Positions 49,495-60,495 of a stretch of 64,000 nt of DNA are shown here, in pieces; the stretch's first letter is position 1, and every line of letters starts with the position of its first letter. The notes beneath the pieces were generated by a model that was given only the letters and a program-made list of their open reading frames with translations, was not told the origin of the DNA and searched no databases. Position numbers and translations under genes: made by a program. This stretch comes from Rhodosorus marinus CCMP1338 (lineage: Eukaryota; Plantae; Rhodophyta): contig JAMWBK010000007.1 of the NCBI GenBank assembly GCA_029953675.1, positions 744,001 to 808,000 of the forward strand, written 5' to 3'.

Positions 49495-50181
49495 ATGGTT
49501 TCCAAGATTGTGATTTTCGCCGCCGCGATCCTCGCGGTCTCCGTCATGGGTTCTGATGTTGCCATCAACGACGCTGAGAGGATGTCAAAGAAGTGTAACG
49601 GGTCAGCCCTGTACAAGGTGGTGTTCGACTACTTGTGGACCGGTGCGACCCACCCAGACGCATACCCTGAGGATGGACACTTCTCCCAGACAGTTGTTGC
49701 TTCCCACGGAAATGGATACCACCTGTGGACCCCTCACGGATACTCCACAAGGGGAGTAGAGTCAATTGCCGAGAGAGGCAAGATCAGCACCCTCCTGTCC
49801 GAGCTGAACCAGCAGAAGGGCCGCAACGTCTTCGACTTTGTGTATTCCGACGATCCCACCGAGGCCGGATCTCAAAAGGTTACCCTGCTCATCAAGCTCG
49901 ACTACACTCGCACCTACGCCTCTGCCATCTCCATGGCTGCACCGAGCCCGGACTGGTTCACTGGATTTGATGACGCTAACATGTGTGTTGACGGCAAGTG
50001 GGTGAGGGAGTACAAGAGGAACCTGAGCGTTTGGGACGCCGGAACGGACAAGGGGGCTGACTTCTTGTCTGCGAACAAGAACCAGATCCCAAGGAAGCCG
50101 ATTGTTTCGATCCTGGCAACTCGTTTCGACGGAATTCGGGTCGGAACCGTAAAGGTCACGCGTGTTCGAGTCTTCAACTAA
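49495..50181 (+). CDS. Spondin_N protein type B (B9)
   Basis: 228-aa ORF. Inverted partner of B8. Confidence 0.9.
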   Translation: MVSKIVIFAAAILAVSVMGSDVAINDAERMSKKCNGSALYKVVFDYLWTGATHPDAYPEDGHFSQTVVASHGNGYHLWTPHGYSTRGVESIAERGKISTLLSELNQQKGRNVFDFVYSDDPTEAGSQKVTLLIKLDYTRTYASAISMAAPSPDWFTGFDDANMCVDGKWVREYKRNLSVWDAGTDKGADFLSANKNQIPRKPIVSILATRFDGIRVGTVKVTRVRVFN

Positions 50182-50929
50182 CTTGTGCATGCGGTTTAAC
50201 ATCTCTCCCTCGGAGAGCCCCGGGGATGTCTGTTGGTTTGTGGACTACCTCCTGCGGGGGGTACGAGCTCGACAATTAAAACTGAATTTTCCCACACAAG
50301 TACAAACAGGTTGTTGAGCCACCATCCCTCACATACCCCAACCTATCGAGCAGCTCAGGTCGACACTAACACACAAGGAAGTGAAAGTTTTGGCTAAGCA
50401 AGTAGAAGGAGTTCAAGCTCCAGTTCGTGACTCGTTAATTCTTCAGGAACATACTAATTTCATGGTTCAGTTGAAAGCTGTGGTTTCACTCGAACTCTGT
50501 GCTAAATCTCAGCAAAGCAATAGTTGTTTTCTCAGACCCTGTGTCGATGATTCTGCACGGAACTTTTCCTTGTAGTATAACCACCAATCTATTCAGCAAT
50601 ACTCTGCTACGTCTGGTGGTTTTACTAACATAGCCTGATGGGATACGTCTGGCAACGAATAATAATCCTAAATCCCCTCGCTCATCGAATCTTCCCTTTT
50701 TAAAGTGCTTTGACTATCAAAAGAATAATGACTCAATCCATCGTCCTGCCGGCGGCAAAAAGAACGAACCAACATAGAGGCAAGAAGCGACAGCCCGACA
50801 GAATCGTGGAAACAGCAGCTCCACGTCATTTCCGCGCCGCTGACGGATAACAGCTAGCTGGGGGCGGCTGGCTTCGTGACCTCCCTAGTCTGGAATCTGA
50901 GCTCCTTTCGGCGGAACAAATTCGATACA

Positions 50930-51345
50930 GATAACGCCTTCTTTTGGGGCTACCGATAGCTGGTCTCGCACCGCCTGAATGCACGGTCTGTGCGAAACCT
51001 CATGCTGCGTATGGGATTCAAAGCGTATTCCACTCCTCAACCTCGGCCGGGAATTAAATTTTGAGACTAAATAGTATTCGTGATGAACTTCCGCGTCCAC
51101 TGCGGCGGTGGCACGTTCATGAGGTTCAAGCTGAGCACCACAAGTTTTGAGGGTAGCCGTCTACGACCACGCATTGCTGTTCGTCATCATCGTACATGTA
51201 AGCAATATGCTCTTTATGTCAAACTAGACTTCCCAGTAAGAGCCCATCTTAGTCGCTCGTGCCGCCTGTCAAACCGGCTATGCTGCAGTCAACGCGGAAG
51301 CACGGAAACGAGTCAAATATCGCGATGAGGGAATATGGTGAGGAA
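50930..51345 (+). mobile_element. Old CRE-like relic (zinc knuckle/endonuclease region)
   Basis: Broken frames RLLLGLPIAGLAPPECTVC, YVKLDFPVRAHL and GYAAVNAEARKRVKY resemble the corresponding motifs of the 43-kb element and this clade. Confidence 0.45.
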
Positions 51346-52822
51346 TCGGCGATTCCAGTGCGTAAGTAAAACATGACTGTTCTGCTTTTGATGTCTATTC
51401 TGGGTTTTTAGCGGTGAACCGGAAAAGGTTAAAATACACTTTTTCTCTAGGGGTTCTGGAGGGAAATCGTTAGTCTGGGGTTACTCGGGTTACATCGAAA
51501 ACAGAGTGTTTTCGCGGATTCTATTTGTTTCAGGATCGGACATGGTTCCGGTGGAGAGCATCGCATCGATCGGGAAGTTCGGGGAATTGATTGCAAGTGA
51601 AATCCCCCACGAATTCCCTCGATCAGGGTTGGAGTGGATCCGCTTACCGAGCGTTTCTGAGAGTTGCCGAGACTCCCGTCTCCATCCATTCCCGATGGAT
51701 TTGACTGGGGGAAAATGAGATGGTAGAAAATCTTGATCAACTCTGTTGCTCTTAGTTTAGGCGAAATCGATTTTCCAGGTTATCAAATATTATAGAAACA
51801 CAAATATCTAGCCACTGGGTTTAGATGCTTTTGACTCGTATTGTCCGTAATTATGAAGAATCGTCCTAGGATGTTTCTACTGTCAGCCTGTCAGCCGTTA
51901 AGCTGGATGGTTTTTATTCGGAATTGAATTATGTGTATCGAGTTCTCATTGTCGAGTGGGGCGATGTTTGATTTTTTCAGTTTGTCTCTGCTTGATGATG
52001 TGAGAAGTCATGAGATTGTGCTAATACGATGGTGTGCTGACCGATAGTCTTTGTTTTGTATGAATGGGGCCCTTCTATCGGTAGTCTTAAGGCTCTTGTG
52101 AAGTTTGTGGTCGCTTTTTTTTTGCTTTAGCCGGTTGTCTGGAAGTGCACCTTTTGGGGCGATATCAGATGCTCCTGTTCACAGTCGACTGTCAATTTAT
52201 CCTAGGTTATTGCATAACTGCAACTACCTAGATTCAACTTCTGGTTGTAGATGAGATTGTCTTCCGCCATCACCTCGCTTGGGGCAAATGGACACCTCTT
52301 CCCGTGGAGAGAATTATACAATTATCTGACCAAATTTACCTGAATTCAAGAGCAGGTCAGGTGGATGCATCGTTTTCCAAGGTCAGATATTCAACATCAT
52401 GTAAGATGTGAGAGTGCGGAGATGCCCATGACGTCCTTGGAGAGATCAACTATTGCGACCGATCTTCACGTTCGGGGGTAAATGATCTCGCGCTGCACGG
52501 TGAGGAAGGGAAACCTGGGCCAACCCAGTTTTCCGAGAATCCCAGTTCATGCTATAAACGGCCAGGAGAAGCTAGTAGTGATGTTTTCATGCGCTTCAAT
52601 TCTTTGGACGAATAGCAATCGCGACGAGAGAACCTGATTCGATTTGCATGACGTTTAACCTCGTAGACGGAATCTCTCATGTCTTCCGAAGGATATAAAA
52701 GACAGCCAGAACCTGAAAAGAGTCCGGGCTATCTCGTTCACTATTCAACCAAGGTCTCAAGCAGCAAAGCAAAGAGAAAGGAGCGGCAACCCGATCGACG
52801 GGTTTCAAGGTTTGTTCGCAGG

Positions 52823-53518
52823 ATGTTTTCCAGGATGATGCTGCTTATCGCTGCCGCGGCGCTCGAGATCAGTGCTCTTGCCAGTCCAGTGCGGATCGAC
52901 GCCGTCGCCAGGCCTGGGCACTTCCCATGCAAGGGATCGGCTATCTACAAGATCGTTATCAAGTATTTGTGGACCGAGGCTACCCACCCTGACGCATACC
53001 AGCCCAGCGGGTACTTCTCGCCAACTGTCGTGGCTTCCCATGGAATCGGACTGTACGTATGGTCCCCTCACGGTTACTCGAGCAAAGGAGTTGAAGTTGT
53101 CGCGGAGAAAGGCAACCCAGCCACGCTCTTGAAGGAGCTCAAGGCGCAGAAGGGTCGCAACGTCTACGACATTAATTACACTGAGGAACGAACGGAAGAT
53201 GGATCCGAGAAGGTTAAGCTGCTGCTCAAGCTCGACTATACCAGGACCTACGCCTCCGGAATCTCCATGCTCATCCCCAGCCCGGACTGGTTCACTGGAT
53301 TCGACAACGTCAACCTCTGCGATGAGGAGAAGGGCAAGTGGGTCAAGGGGTGACAGAACCTCAGCGTGTGGGACGCCGGAACGGACAAGGGCATAGACTT
53401 CAAGTCCGCAAACAAGGATCAGAGTCCCAAGGAGCCCATCTAATCCATCCTCGGCTCTCGCTTCAATTCCATCCCCGTGAGTACCGTCAAGATGATCCTG
53501 GTCAGCAAAAAGAAGTAG
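52823..53518 (+). pseudogene. Divergent Spondin_N gene (type C) with two in-frame stops
   Basis: Signal peptide MFSRMMLLIAAAAL and motifs THPDAY, SPDWFTG and WDAGTDKG. TGA at 53351 and TAA at 53441; the frame otherwise continues to TAG at 53516. Confidence 0.85.
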
Positions 53519-54227
53519 ATCTATATCGGGCTCTAGTCATGAGCGTGTTGTGGACGGATACATCTACAGGAAAGCTGTCAGATACAGTAGCTTTCCTCAG
53601 CTCAGCAGAATAAAATAAGAAAAAGCTCCGCCGGGCTATCCGGGCAGAAACAAAACTGTTGGAGAATCACAAGGTCATAGGTAGGCTCATCGGCAGATAT
53701 ATCTTCGTATCACTTGTATTCAGCAAAACGGATGCATGGGCATCTATTCACCGACAGTATATCGGATTTGCAGGGCAACAGCTGCCAAAGCCGTTGCTCG
53801 CATATGAGCATATTCGCTGGGTCTAGGAGTGTTCCTTCGTCTGTTGTCATGCGGGGTGACGGCCTCGATGAATAGGTACAGTCTTGTCTTTCTACCCACT
53901 CGTTGCTGACTATCTTCGTATTTGCCCGCCGTGGGAGCATACTCCGCCAGGAGTTTCACTGCTTCAGAGGGTTTCTGTCCAAAGCACTCCGGCCTGCGCA
54001 CGTGACAGCTCAATTTTAACCTAGTTATTCCACCGTATCTACACCGTTCTCATGACATTAACAAGAAGGGTCGCGGAACACGTTCGACTTATTTCTACAG
54101 CAAAAGAGCAGGCAATCGGTCTGCGCTCCACTGGCCAGCTGAACGTTCAGATTGCCTCCTGAAGGTCATGCCCGCATTGCCCTCCCTCTGACTACTATGT
54201 ACATCCAGTATCTGCCTACAGCCTGCT

Positions 54228-55343
54228 TCAATCGCCATTGAGGGGTGCCTTTATCGGCTCAAGGAGTCCTATAGCTGATTCAAGGGCGTGGTCTGGCGAT
54301 ATTTGGAGCGCATTCAGAGTAACTTTTCTCGCAAAACCTCCAAACGCGACGCCAGCGGCCTTCCCGTAGATCGCGTTCTTCTGCATGAGTTCTACTGTCG
54401 CGTCATTGGTCCCTCCGGCGAGCTGAACAAAGCCAGGAATGGACAGACTTTCTCCAAGTTGAAGTACCTTCTTGGCTAGCCTCACTGACTTGGCAGCCAT
54501 GCCCCGACCAACGTCGCCGCTCATCGGCTGGCCATCCGTCTGCCAAACGACGTCAGCCTGGTCACCTACGTTCAGCACCTCAGAACGTACCTGAATCTCC
54601 TCCTCCAGATGATCGGAGTCCGGAAAGCTCACCGCAACGAGCTTTAACTCCTCGAGAACCCAGCTGCCAATACTGCTCCAAAGCGCGGTGAACTCATCCA
54701 TGTGCGACGGCAACGTATGAATCTCGATGGCGTCTATCGGGTAGTTTCGAAGAAGTTCAATCATGTCCTCTGGGCTTCGGACATAAGTGTCTGCAATAAT
54801 CAATCCGAGAGGGCAAGTGCGGAGGCATCTCCCGCATCCATAGCAAAGACGTTCAGACACTCCCATCGTGCTGATCGCGTTGGTTGGGCACACCCTCTCA
54901 CACGGCCTGGGACAATCCGAAGGGCACTTGAGAGGATCAAATACGGCTTTTCTAAAATGAGGATCCTCTCCATCGTTGACGGAGACCATAACAAAGGGCC
55001 TCGTCGGCGCCAATTTGTGAGCCGCTCGGACCCCGTTCGCTGATTCAATTCCCGCAAGCACAGCCCCGACGACAGCTGGATCGGCTGCACAATCGATACA
55101 GTCGACTCCAGCCAGCGTGTAAAGCTCAGATAGAGTTTCGACAAAGGGCACATCGTCCATACTCGCTCCACATATCAGCTTCACCCAGCGCCCTTCCAGC
55201 AACGCATCTCTCGGACTCGCAGATACCAGTCCGGCGCCCTTCTCCACAAGAGCCGATGAATAGTGACAGACCGCCTTCGGATGCCCAGAATTTCGGAAGC
55301 CAGGAGGACTAATTCCAAAGCAGAATCCTGTCAAGCCCATCAT
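54228..55343 (-). CDS. ldpA: LdpA-like iron-sulfur protein (light-dependent period A), likely plastid-targeted
   Basis: WVKLICGAS, YTLAGVDCIDCAAD, DGEDPHFRKA, two 4Fe-4S motifs (CPSDCPRPCERVCP, CYGCGRCLRTCP), AIEIHT, WQTDGQPMSGD and VQLAGGTN. Likely ATG at 55343. Confidence 0.9.
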   Translation of the reverse strand: MMGLTGFCFGISPPGFRNSGHPKAVCHYSSALVEKGAGLVSASPRDALLEGRWVKLICGASMDDVPFVETLSELYTLAGVDCIDCAADPAVVGAVLAGIESANGVRAAHKLAPTRPFVMVSVNDGEDPHFRKAVFDPLKCPSDCPRPCERVCPTNAISTMGVSERLCYGCGRCLRTCPLGLIIADTYVRSPEDMIELLRNYPIDAIEIHTLPSHMDEFTALWSSIGSWVLEELKLVAVSFPDSDHLEEEIQVRSEVLNVGDQADVVWQTDGQPMSGDVGRGMAAKSVRLAKKVLQLGESLSIPGFVQLAGGTNDATVELMQKNAIYGKAAGVAFGGFARKVTLNALQISPDHALESAIGLLEPIKAPLNGD

Positions 55344-56159
55344 CAGCTTACGAGTCTTCAAACGCAACCGCCGTGGTCACCCCTCATGAGGACATCACCA
55401 TGACGTCGAGAAGACCGTACATATCTCCGAATCGGTGTCTGGGATTGGCGGACGCTCGACAGGTAATAGCTACGTTCTAGTTCCCCACAACTGGTAAGAA
55501 AGGAGGCTTGGTCGTTGGAGTTCATGCTATAAAACAGGCTCGTCCAGATGGAAGCATATTTCAACAGTGTCGAGCACAAAACACTATCAGCGGGAAAGAG
55601 AGATGACTGTTTTGAAGAGGGAGGGGAGTTTCTCTAGTCTTAAACCATCAGTAAGAACGCGAATGGACCGCGTTCAAAAGGGTACTGCAATGCGCCGATG
55701 TTTAGCTCGCTTGCTTTTCCTCGTTGGAGCTAAACGCGAACCTGTCCCAGCCACGCCTGGATGGGCACGCCGGATTTGGGGGGGGGGGAAGTGAAGTGGA
55801 AGGGGATCTGCCCTCACCGATAATAAAGTTTTGTAGCTCAACTTGTTTCACGAATTTCTACAGATGATAATCAGGTTTAACAACAACCTTCTTCTCAGAA
55901 GCCTACAGCCTGTAAAGCCCAAACTCTCCCCAGCACCAACCCTCAAAAACAAGGACACGCGGAGATCAACAATTCGCCCAATTAAGAACTTTTAGACACG
56001 TGGTGAATTATAATTTGCTAAAAGTTCAACCAAAAAAAAATCTCTCCGACGGGGTAAAATAAGATTTTATAATCCATCCTAAATTTTCCAAAACACAAAT
56101 AATCTTCACTTTTATACCCTTTCACCTAGCGGGTGCAAAAACGAGAAACCTAATAGATT

Positions 56160-56600
56160 TCACCGGATCCAAACCAATTAGATTGAAGGCAATCCAAATA
56201 GAACAAATAGATTGATGGAACGAAAATTATGAATATGTGAACTCTAAATAAAGGAGTAAAGCTCCCGTTTGCGTCAGGAGGAGTTTTTACGTTCTTAGAA
56301 AGCGGAATAAAAACTAAATAAGTTGATAAAAGTCAAATTATGAAGACTGTGTTTCTACAAAAAGGAACTATGCTCAAATTTGTGCCAAAAACAGGATGAG
56401 TTTTTACGCGAAAAAAAAACCAAACCAAAAATTAGATTGATATAAACAGAAAATATGGATATTTATTTTCTAAAAAAAAGAAATTATTTTCAAACTTGAG
56501 CGTCAGGGGTAGTTTTTACGATCTCAAAAAGTACAGATAAACTAAAATAAATTGATAGAATGTTAATTATGGAGATTTTGCTTCTAAAATATGAAAATTA
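56160..56600. repeat. AT-rich degenerate tandem repeat, ~112-117 nt period
   Basis: agtttttacg at 56282, 56399 and 56511, each followed by aaa(c)taaataa(g/a)ttgata...ttatg-like text. Confidence 0.7.
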
Positions 56601-56847
56601 TCTCATCCTCTTCCTAAATCGATGAAGAAGACGATGAGGACGTAGTTCTGTGGATGTGTGGAGTTACTATTGATTACCGTTTGGATGGTATGGGAGGAGA
56701 GGGAGAGGAGGGAGGAGACGGAGGGTAATGGTAGTGGATCTCTTCACTATTGTTGTGAAGTAGTCTTACGATTTTAGCAAGTAAGAGAATAGAAAGAAGG
56801 AAAATCTGGATACTTGTTACTTTGGAGGGGCTTGGGTAGGTTGAAGT

Positions 56848-57270
56848 ATGCATCCGCCTGAGAAGTATCATCTTCCGAGGCAACCGCTGAAGTTCTTCAA
56901 GAAGATGACGCGGGCTGCGAGACCTTGTCAGGATGAGATGATGAGGTTTCTTGCGTGTTTGAAGGAGTCTGGGTTCTCTAGGGATGGTTTTTGCGCGAAG
57001 AAACAGGCTGATATGTTGTTGTGTTTGAAAACTTCCAAGGTAAGTGATGAACGGATCGCGAGATGTGATCAACTTGGAAAAAGATAATAGCGTTCTGAAT
57101 GGACTTGCTCTTCTTGGTCTGCTTTTGTCCAGGGCAAAAAGGCGTCGTCAGTGCTTGGAACCAAGGAAATGCCTTGGGGCGTCTACCTCAAGGACTTGAG
57201 ATCGCTGTACAAGCAAAGACGGCCAGTCCAGTGGCCCGAGAGGAAGACTGATCCAAACAGGATCGTGTGA
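56848..57270 (+). CDS. Twin CX9C (CHCH) mitochondrial protein, resembles mS37/Mrp10; intron 57040-57132
   Basis: C-QDEMMRFLA-C and C-AKKQADMLL-C after a basic, Pro-rich N-terminus. A GTAAGT...CAG intron removes the in-frame stop and gives a 46-codon exon 2. Confidence 0.65.
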
Positions 57271-58105
57271 ATGGAATGCCAGACGAATTTTACAACAACT
57301 AAGACAGAACTAACACTAAAGGAAATCCTAAAGCCTCGCTCTCAAAAGTCTAAGGTTCTTCAAAGCCCGGCGTCCGTTGATGCTGAGCTGTCGGTACCAA
57401 AGAATGCGGTCATAATCGCATAGAGATACGATGGCTAACTCTTCAGCTCCGCAGACTTTCACAATAATCCCAGACTTGAACTCAAGACCAAGCGGACTCG
57501 CGGCGCACGCGCTCCCAGGTTTCGTAATACGTGACTATCTTCACCGTCTATCCATCCTATTGATCCACGGGTTGCCTAGGGTTGTTGTGGCTCCAAGAGC
57601 TCTTAAATCCACTGAACAGATTGCGACAAATGATGAGGATTGCATATACCAATCTCCAAGCTAAGAACGGCTCCCAGCTCGATGAGAGCACAGCTTCATC
57701 GACGATTTTTGAGAGGTAATGCCCAATCCTTACGCTACTCTCTCTGTAGCTCATAGCAAAGCATGGCTACATTAGAGCTAAGCTACCCTGCGTCCTGGGC
57801 GAATCCAACAAGTCAGGGCTCCGCTTTGCTAGAAGAGGAACAAGTCACTGCCACCAAGTCCACGAAGCAGAGCAGGTTGGTTCTAAAAGCAGCAGCACCA
57901 AATTTCAGCATTGGTGACAGTCTCAGTGTAAATAGTCTCGATGTAGCGACGCATGCTAAGGTCAAGGAAGCTTCGCGGAGACACCCCCCCCCCCTTGGGC
58001 GGATTGGGCCTCCCCAACTTCAACTTCTCTCGGGCGAATTTCGCCAGCTACCGGTACACATGACACATGGATATGCCATGTGACAAAAACGAAGCACCGC
58101 TAGTG

Positions 58106-58157
58106 GACTTACTCGCTGTAGAACGAAGTCCTCGCTTCGTTCTACAGCGAGTAAGTC
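58106..58157. repeat. Perfect 23-bp stem, 6-nt loop hairpin
   Basis: gacttactcgctgtagaacgaag-tcctcg-cttcgttctacagcgagtaagtc. Confidence 0.95.
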
Positions 58158-58806
58158 AACGAACGGCTCTCCTTTGTAATGTCCCCCATCCCCAATCAAT
58201 CCAAAAGCAGTAACGGCCATATCTCCTGGTGTGCGGAAGAAAACGTGCCGCTTCCGGCAGTTCAATGTAGACCTGTGGATGCCTCCGACAGCTCGATGAA
58301 GTAGTAGTTATCAATTGGAAGCAGCGAAGACACACCTCCCGAAAACTGCCCCACGGGATCTCCAATCACTGACCAAGGCCCAAAATCACCGGTAGAGATT
58401 TTGAGATGAGAACAGGGTTCAATGCAGACTTTGAGAGACTTTTATCAACCTTGACAGACGTACTGGTTACTACTTGGAGCAAACTATGATTCAGTTGTCA
58501 TCGCCCTAACTTGAATACTTGATCGACCAGTTCCCCTCCGACCTCCAACTCGACCGAATCGGCTGAGGAAGGTGATAAGATCGGGTTTGGGGAAGATGAA
58601 GGAAGGCCTGTTGGAAAAGCTTGAAGTTTCTCACAACTGCAATGAAAAGGTGACGTTAGAAAAGAATAAGAACGGACGCGAAATATAGAATCAACTGATG
58701 ATTGCGTGAGGTGAGGAAGCCCACCACTGTCACCGTGGGTTTAGGTCTTTGTTTGTTGTGGGAGAGGGGGGGGTATCTTTGATTGTACTTTGTTTGGATG
58801 ACTGAG

Positions 58807-59523
58807 ATGGGAAACCGAGCTTCCATGGTGAGGACGGTTAGCTCACATCTCTTTGAGGAGAGTCACAAGACGCTCTGTGTTATTCTTCTCAACCACGAGC
58901 TTCCGTCGTGGACGCCGGCCGTGTGGGAGCGGGCTCAGGTTCGATTGTGTGCAGATGGAGGTGCGAATCGGCTCAGTGACCAGTTTCCAAGTTCGCCTCC
59001 ACCGATGACGATCATTGGGGACCTCGACTCCATCAGGAAAGACGTTCTGGATAAGTACTGCAAGCAGGGCGCGACGGTTGTGAACCTATCTCACGATCAG
59101 GATTCGACGGACATGCAGAAGTGCGTTCGGCATTTTGTGGATTCGTACGTGACAGAGTCTCTCCACGTCATCGCTCTAGGCGGATTGGGAGGTCGGATTG
59201 ACCACACTATCAGCAACCTGTCCAACCTTCTGGCGTTCTCTCAGATCCCAATCGTCCTCGTCGGGGATGGAAACGCGGCGTTCCTCCTTCGCGCTAAGGA
59301 GAAATCCAGAATCGAAGTCGATGTGGAGAACGAAGGTCCAGGATGTGGAATCATCCCCTTCGGAGGACCCGCCACAGTAACCTCCAATGGACTAAAATGG
59401 AACCTGAGCAACGATGAAATGAAACTCGGAGCTCTCATAAGCACCTCAAACGAAATCCTTAGTCCGGTCGTCGAAGTCGACACGGACGGCAACCTCCTCT
59501 GGATATTTGAAGTAGAAAAGTAA
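58807..59523 (+). CDS. TPK1: Thiamine pyrophosphokinase
   Basis: LCADGGANRL, IGDLDSI, DQDSTDMQKC, GGLGGRIDH, GLKWNL and LISTSN. Start codon is uncertain. Confidence 0.93.
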   Translation: MGNRASMVRTVSSHLFEESHKTLCVILLNHELPSWTPAVWERAQVRLCADGGANRLSDQFPSSPPPMTIIGDLDSIRKDVLDKYCKQGATVVNLSHDQDSTDMQKCVRHFVDSYVTESLHVIALGGLGGRIDHTISNLSNLLAFSQIPIVLVGDGNAAFLLRAKEKSRIEVDVENEGPGCGIIPFGGPATVTSNGLKWNLSNDEMKLGALISTSNEILSPVVEVDTDGNLLWIFEVEK

Positions 59524-59869
59524 CAATGGAACTAAGAGCGTAGGCAAATACGGAAATGCCAACGTCTAGGGTTAATGTTCTTGGAACAGTGAAGCTGTCA
59601 ACTGAAGCGAGAAACAAGACATGTAGTTTTCGATCGCCTGAGAGATTGATTTGAGCGATCTATTGGTCAGAATGGTCATAAATTTGCTCGACGCCAGTTC
59701 CCGGTTGTCATGTCGCCGCACCTGTTAGTTATCTGATCAGGACGGCTCGCTTGATCTACCGGGTCTCCCGCGAGAAGTTTATGCTGAGGCTCTCACCAAT
59801 AATGTTTTTGTCGCATTGCAACGTCGCGAGAGGTTGGGTAACGAGTGCTTTGACTGACTGACCGAAGTG

Positions 59870-60495
59870 AACCCCAGACGATTCTGAAGTTGTTCCGTGA
59901 ACGCCCAGATCGGCTCCGTTCTCTTTCTCCTCGTCTGAATTTCCTCATGCAGTCTGTCTTGGCGTTGGGAGGCAATATTTACGCGTTCAGGAGTCTCTTG
60001 GCCCCCACTTTTTTGTTAGCCTCCGAAAAGACGCATGAATTCAGTCACGAAGTTGGAGATTGTAAGAGTAGCATCGCGAAGACCTCGCGACCTTACTTTG
60101 TGAGTTTTTTCTTCCCCCCATAAGCTCATTAAACTATTGACTTGGTTTACGTACAGACCAACACGCGAAGCCAACAAGCGCGGACGAACCTGGAGGAGCT
60201 CAGAGCGGAGACTAAGCGGCATGAGCTGCAAGCCACAGGCGTGCAAAAAGAAGGCCTAACCTCTGACACTCTCGGTGCTTCCTCACACTCCTTTGAGGCG
60301 CGGACGGTGGTCCAGCTGGGTGACCCGTCGGCCCCATTTTTTGCACACCTGTGGTCTTGTGTTCCTAAATATCGGCTCTGAGTCCCCAGGTTCTTACGCT
60401 GCTGTACCATGACGACCTGGGTCTCCTTTGAGAGCCAGACGCTCTTCTGGCATCGTGTAGTTAGGCTGCGCTTGTTGGTTTCGCGTGTTGATCTG
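59870..60495. mobile_element. Rearranged relics of a CRE-like element (family 2 C-terminus plus RT pieces in both orientations)
   Basis: Plus strand: FRERPDRL, RTVVQLGDPSAPF and YHDDLGLL. Minus strand: LHACGLQL...LASRVGLYVN. Confidence 0.6.

Larger units (their letters stand above)
7590..50600. repeat. Segmental array of ~5 units [B(-) / spacer Y / B(+) / spacer X / A(+) / spacer Z]
   Basis: A starts at 9445, 15212, 24363, 32693 and 41545. Homologous spacer blocks recur in the same order in each unit, and the B arms are inverted relative to each other. Confidence 0.92.

Noticed and set aside
12687-50202. Recurring 60-146 aa antisense and off-frame ORFs over every spondin gene
   Set aside because: They recur only because the genes are near-identical. 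This is a codon-bias shadow with no independent signal.
51325-51718. Possible spliced orphan gene (GTAAGT at 51362, open frame to 51718)
   Set aside because: The splice phases I tried do not join into an open frame, and the upstream part is better explained as a retroelement relic.
52679-52822. 48-aa N-terminal extension of the type C spondin in the ORF track
   Set aside because: It contains the conserved TATA (52694) at the family spacing. The signal peptide starts at 52823.
15257-53443. Stop-codon reassignment or selenocysteine explaining in-frame TGA in A2 and C
   Set aside because: C also has an in-frame TAA, paralogues are open, and other genes here end in TGA. Ordinary nonsense mutations suffice.
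53620-54200. Short minus-strand ORFs (76 and 89 aa) between the type C spondin and ldpA
   Set aside because: No recognisable motif or clear splice structure.
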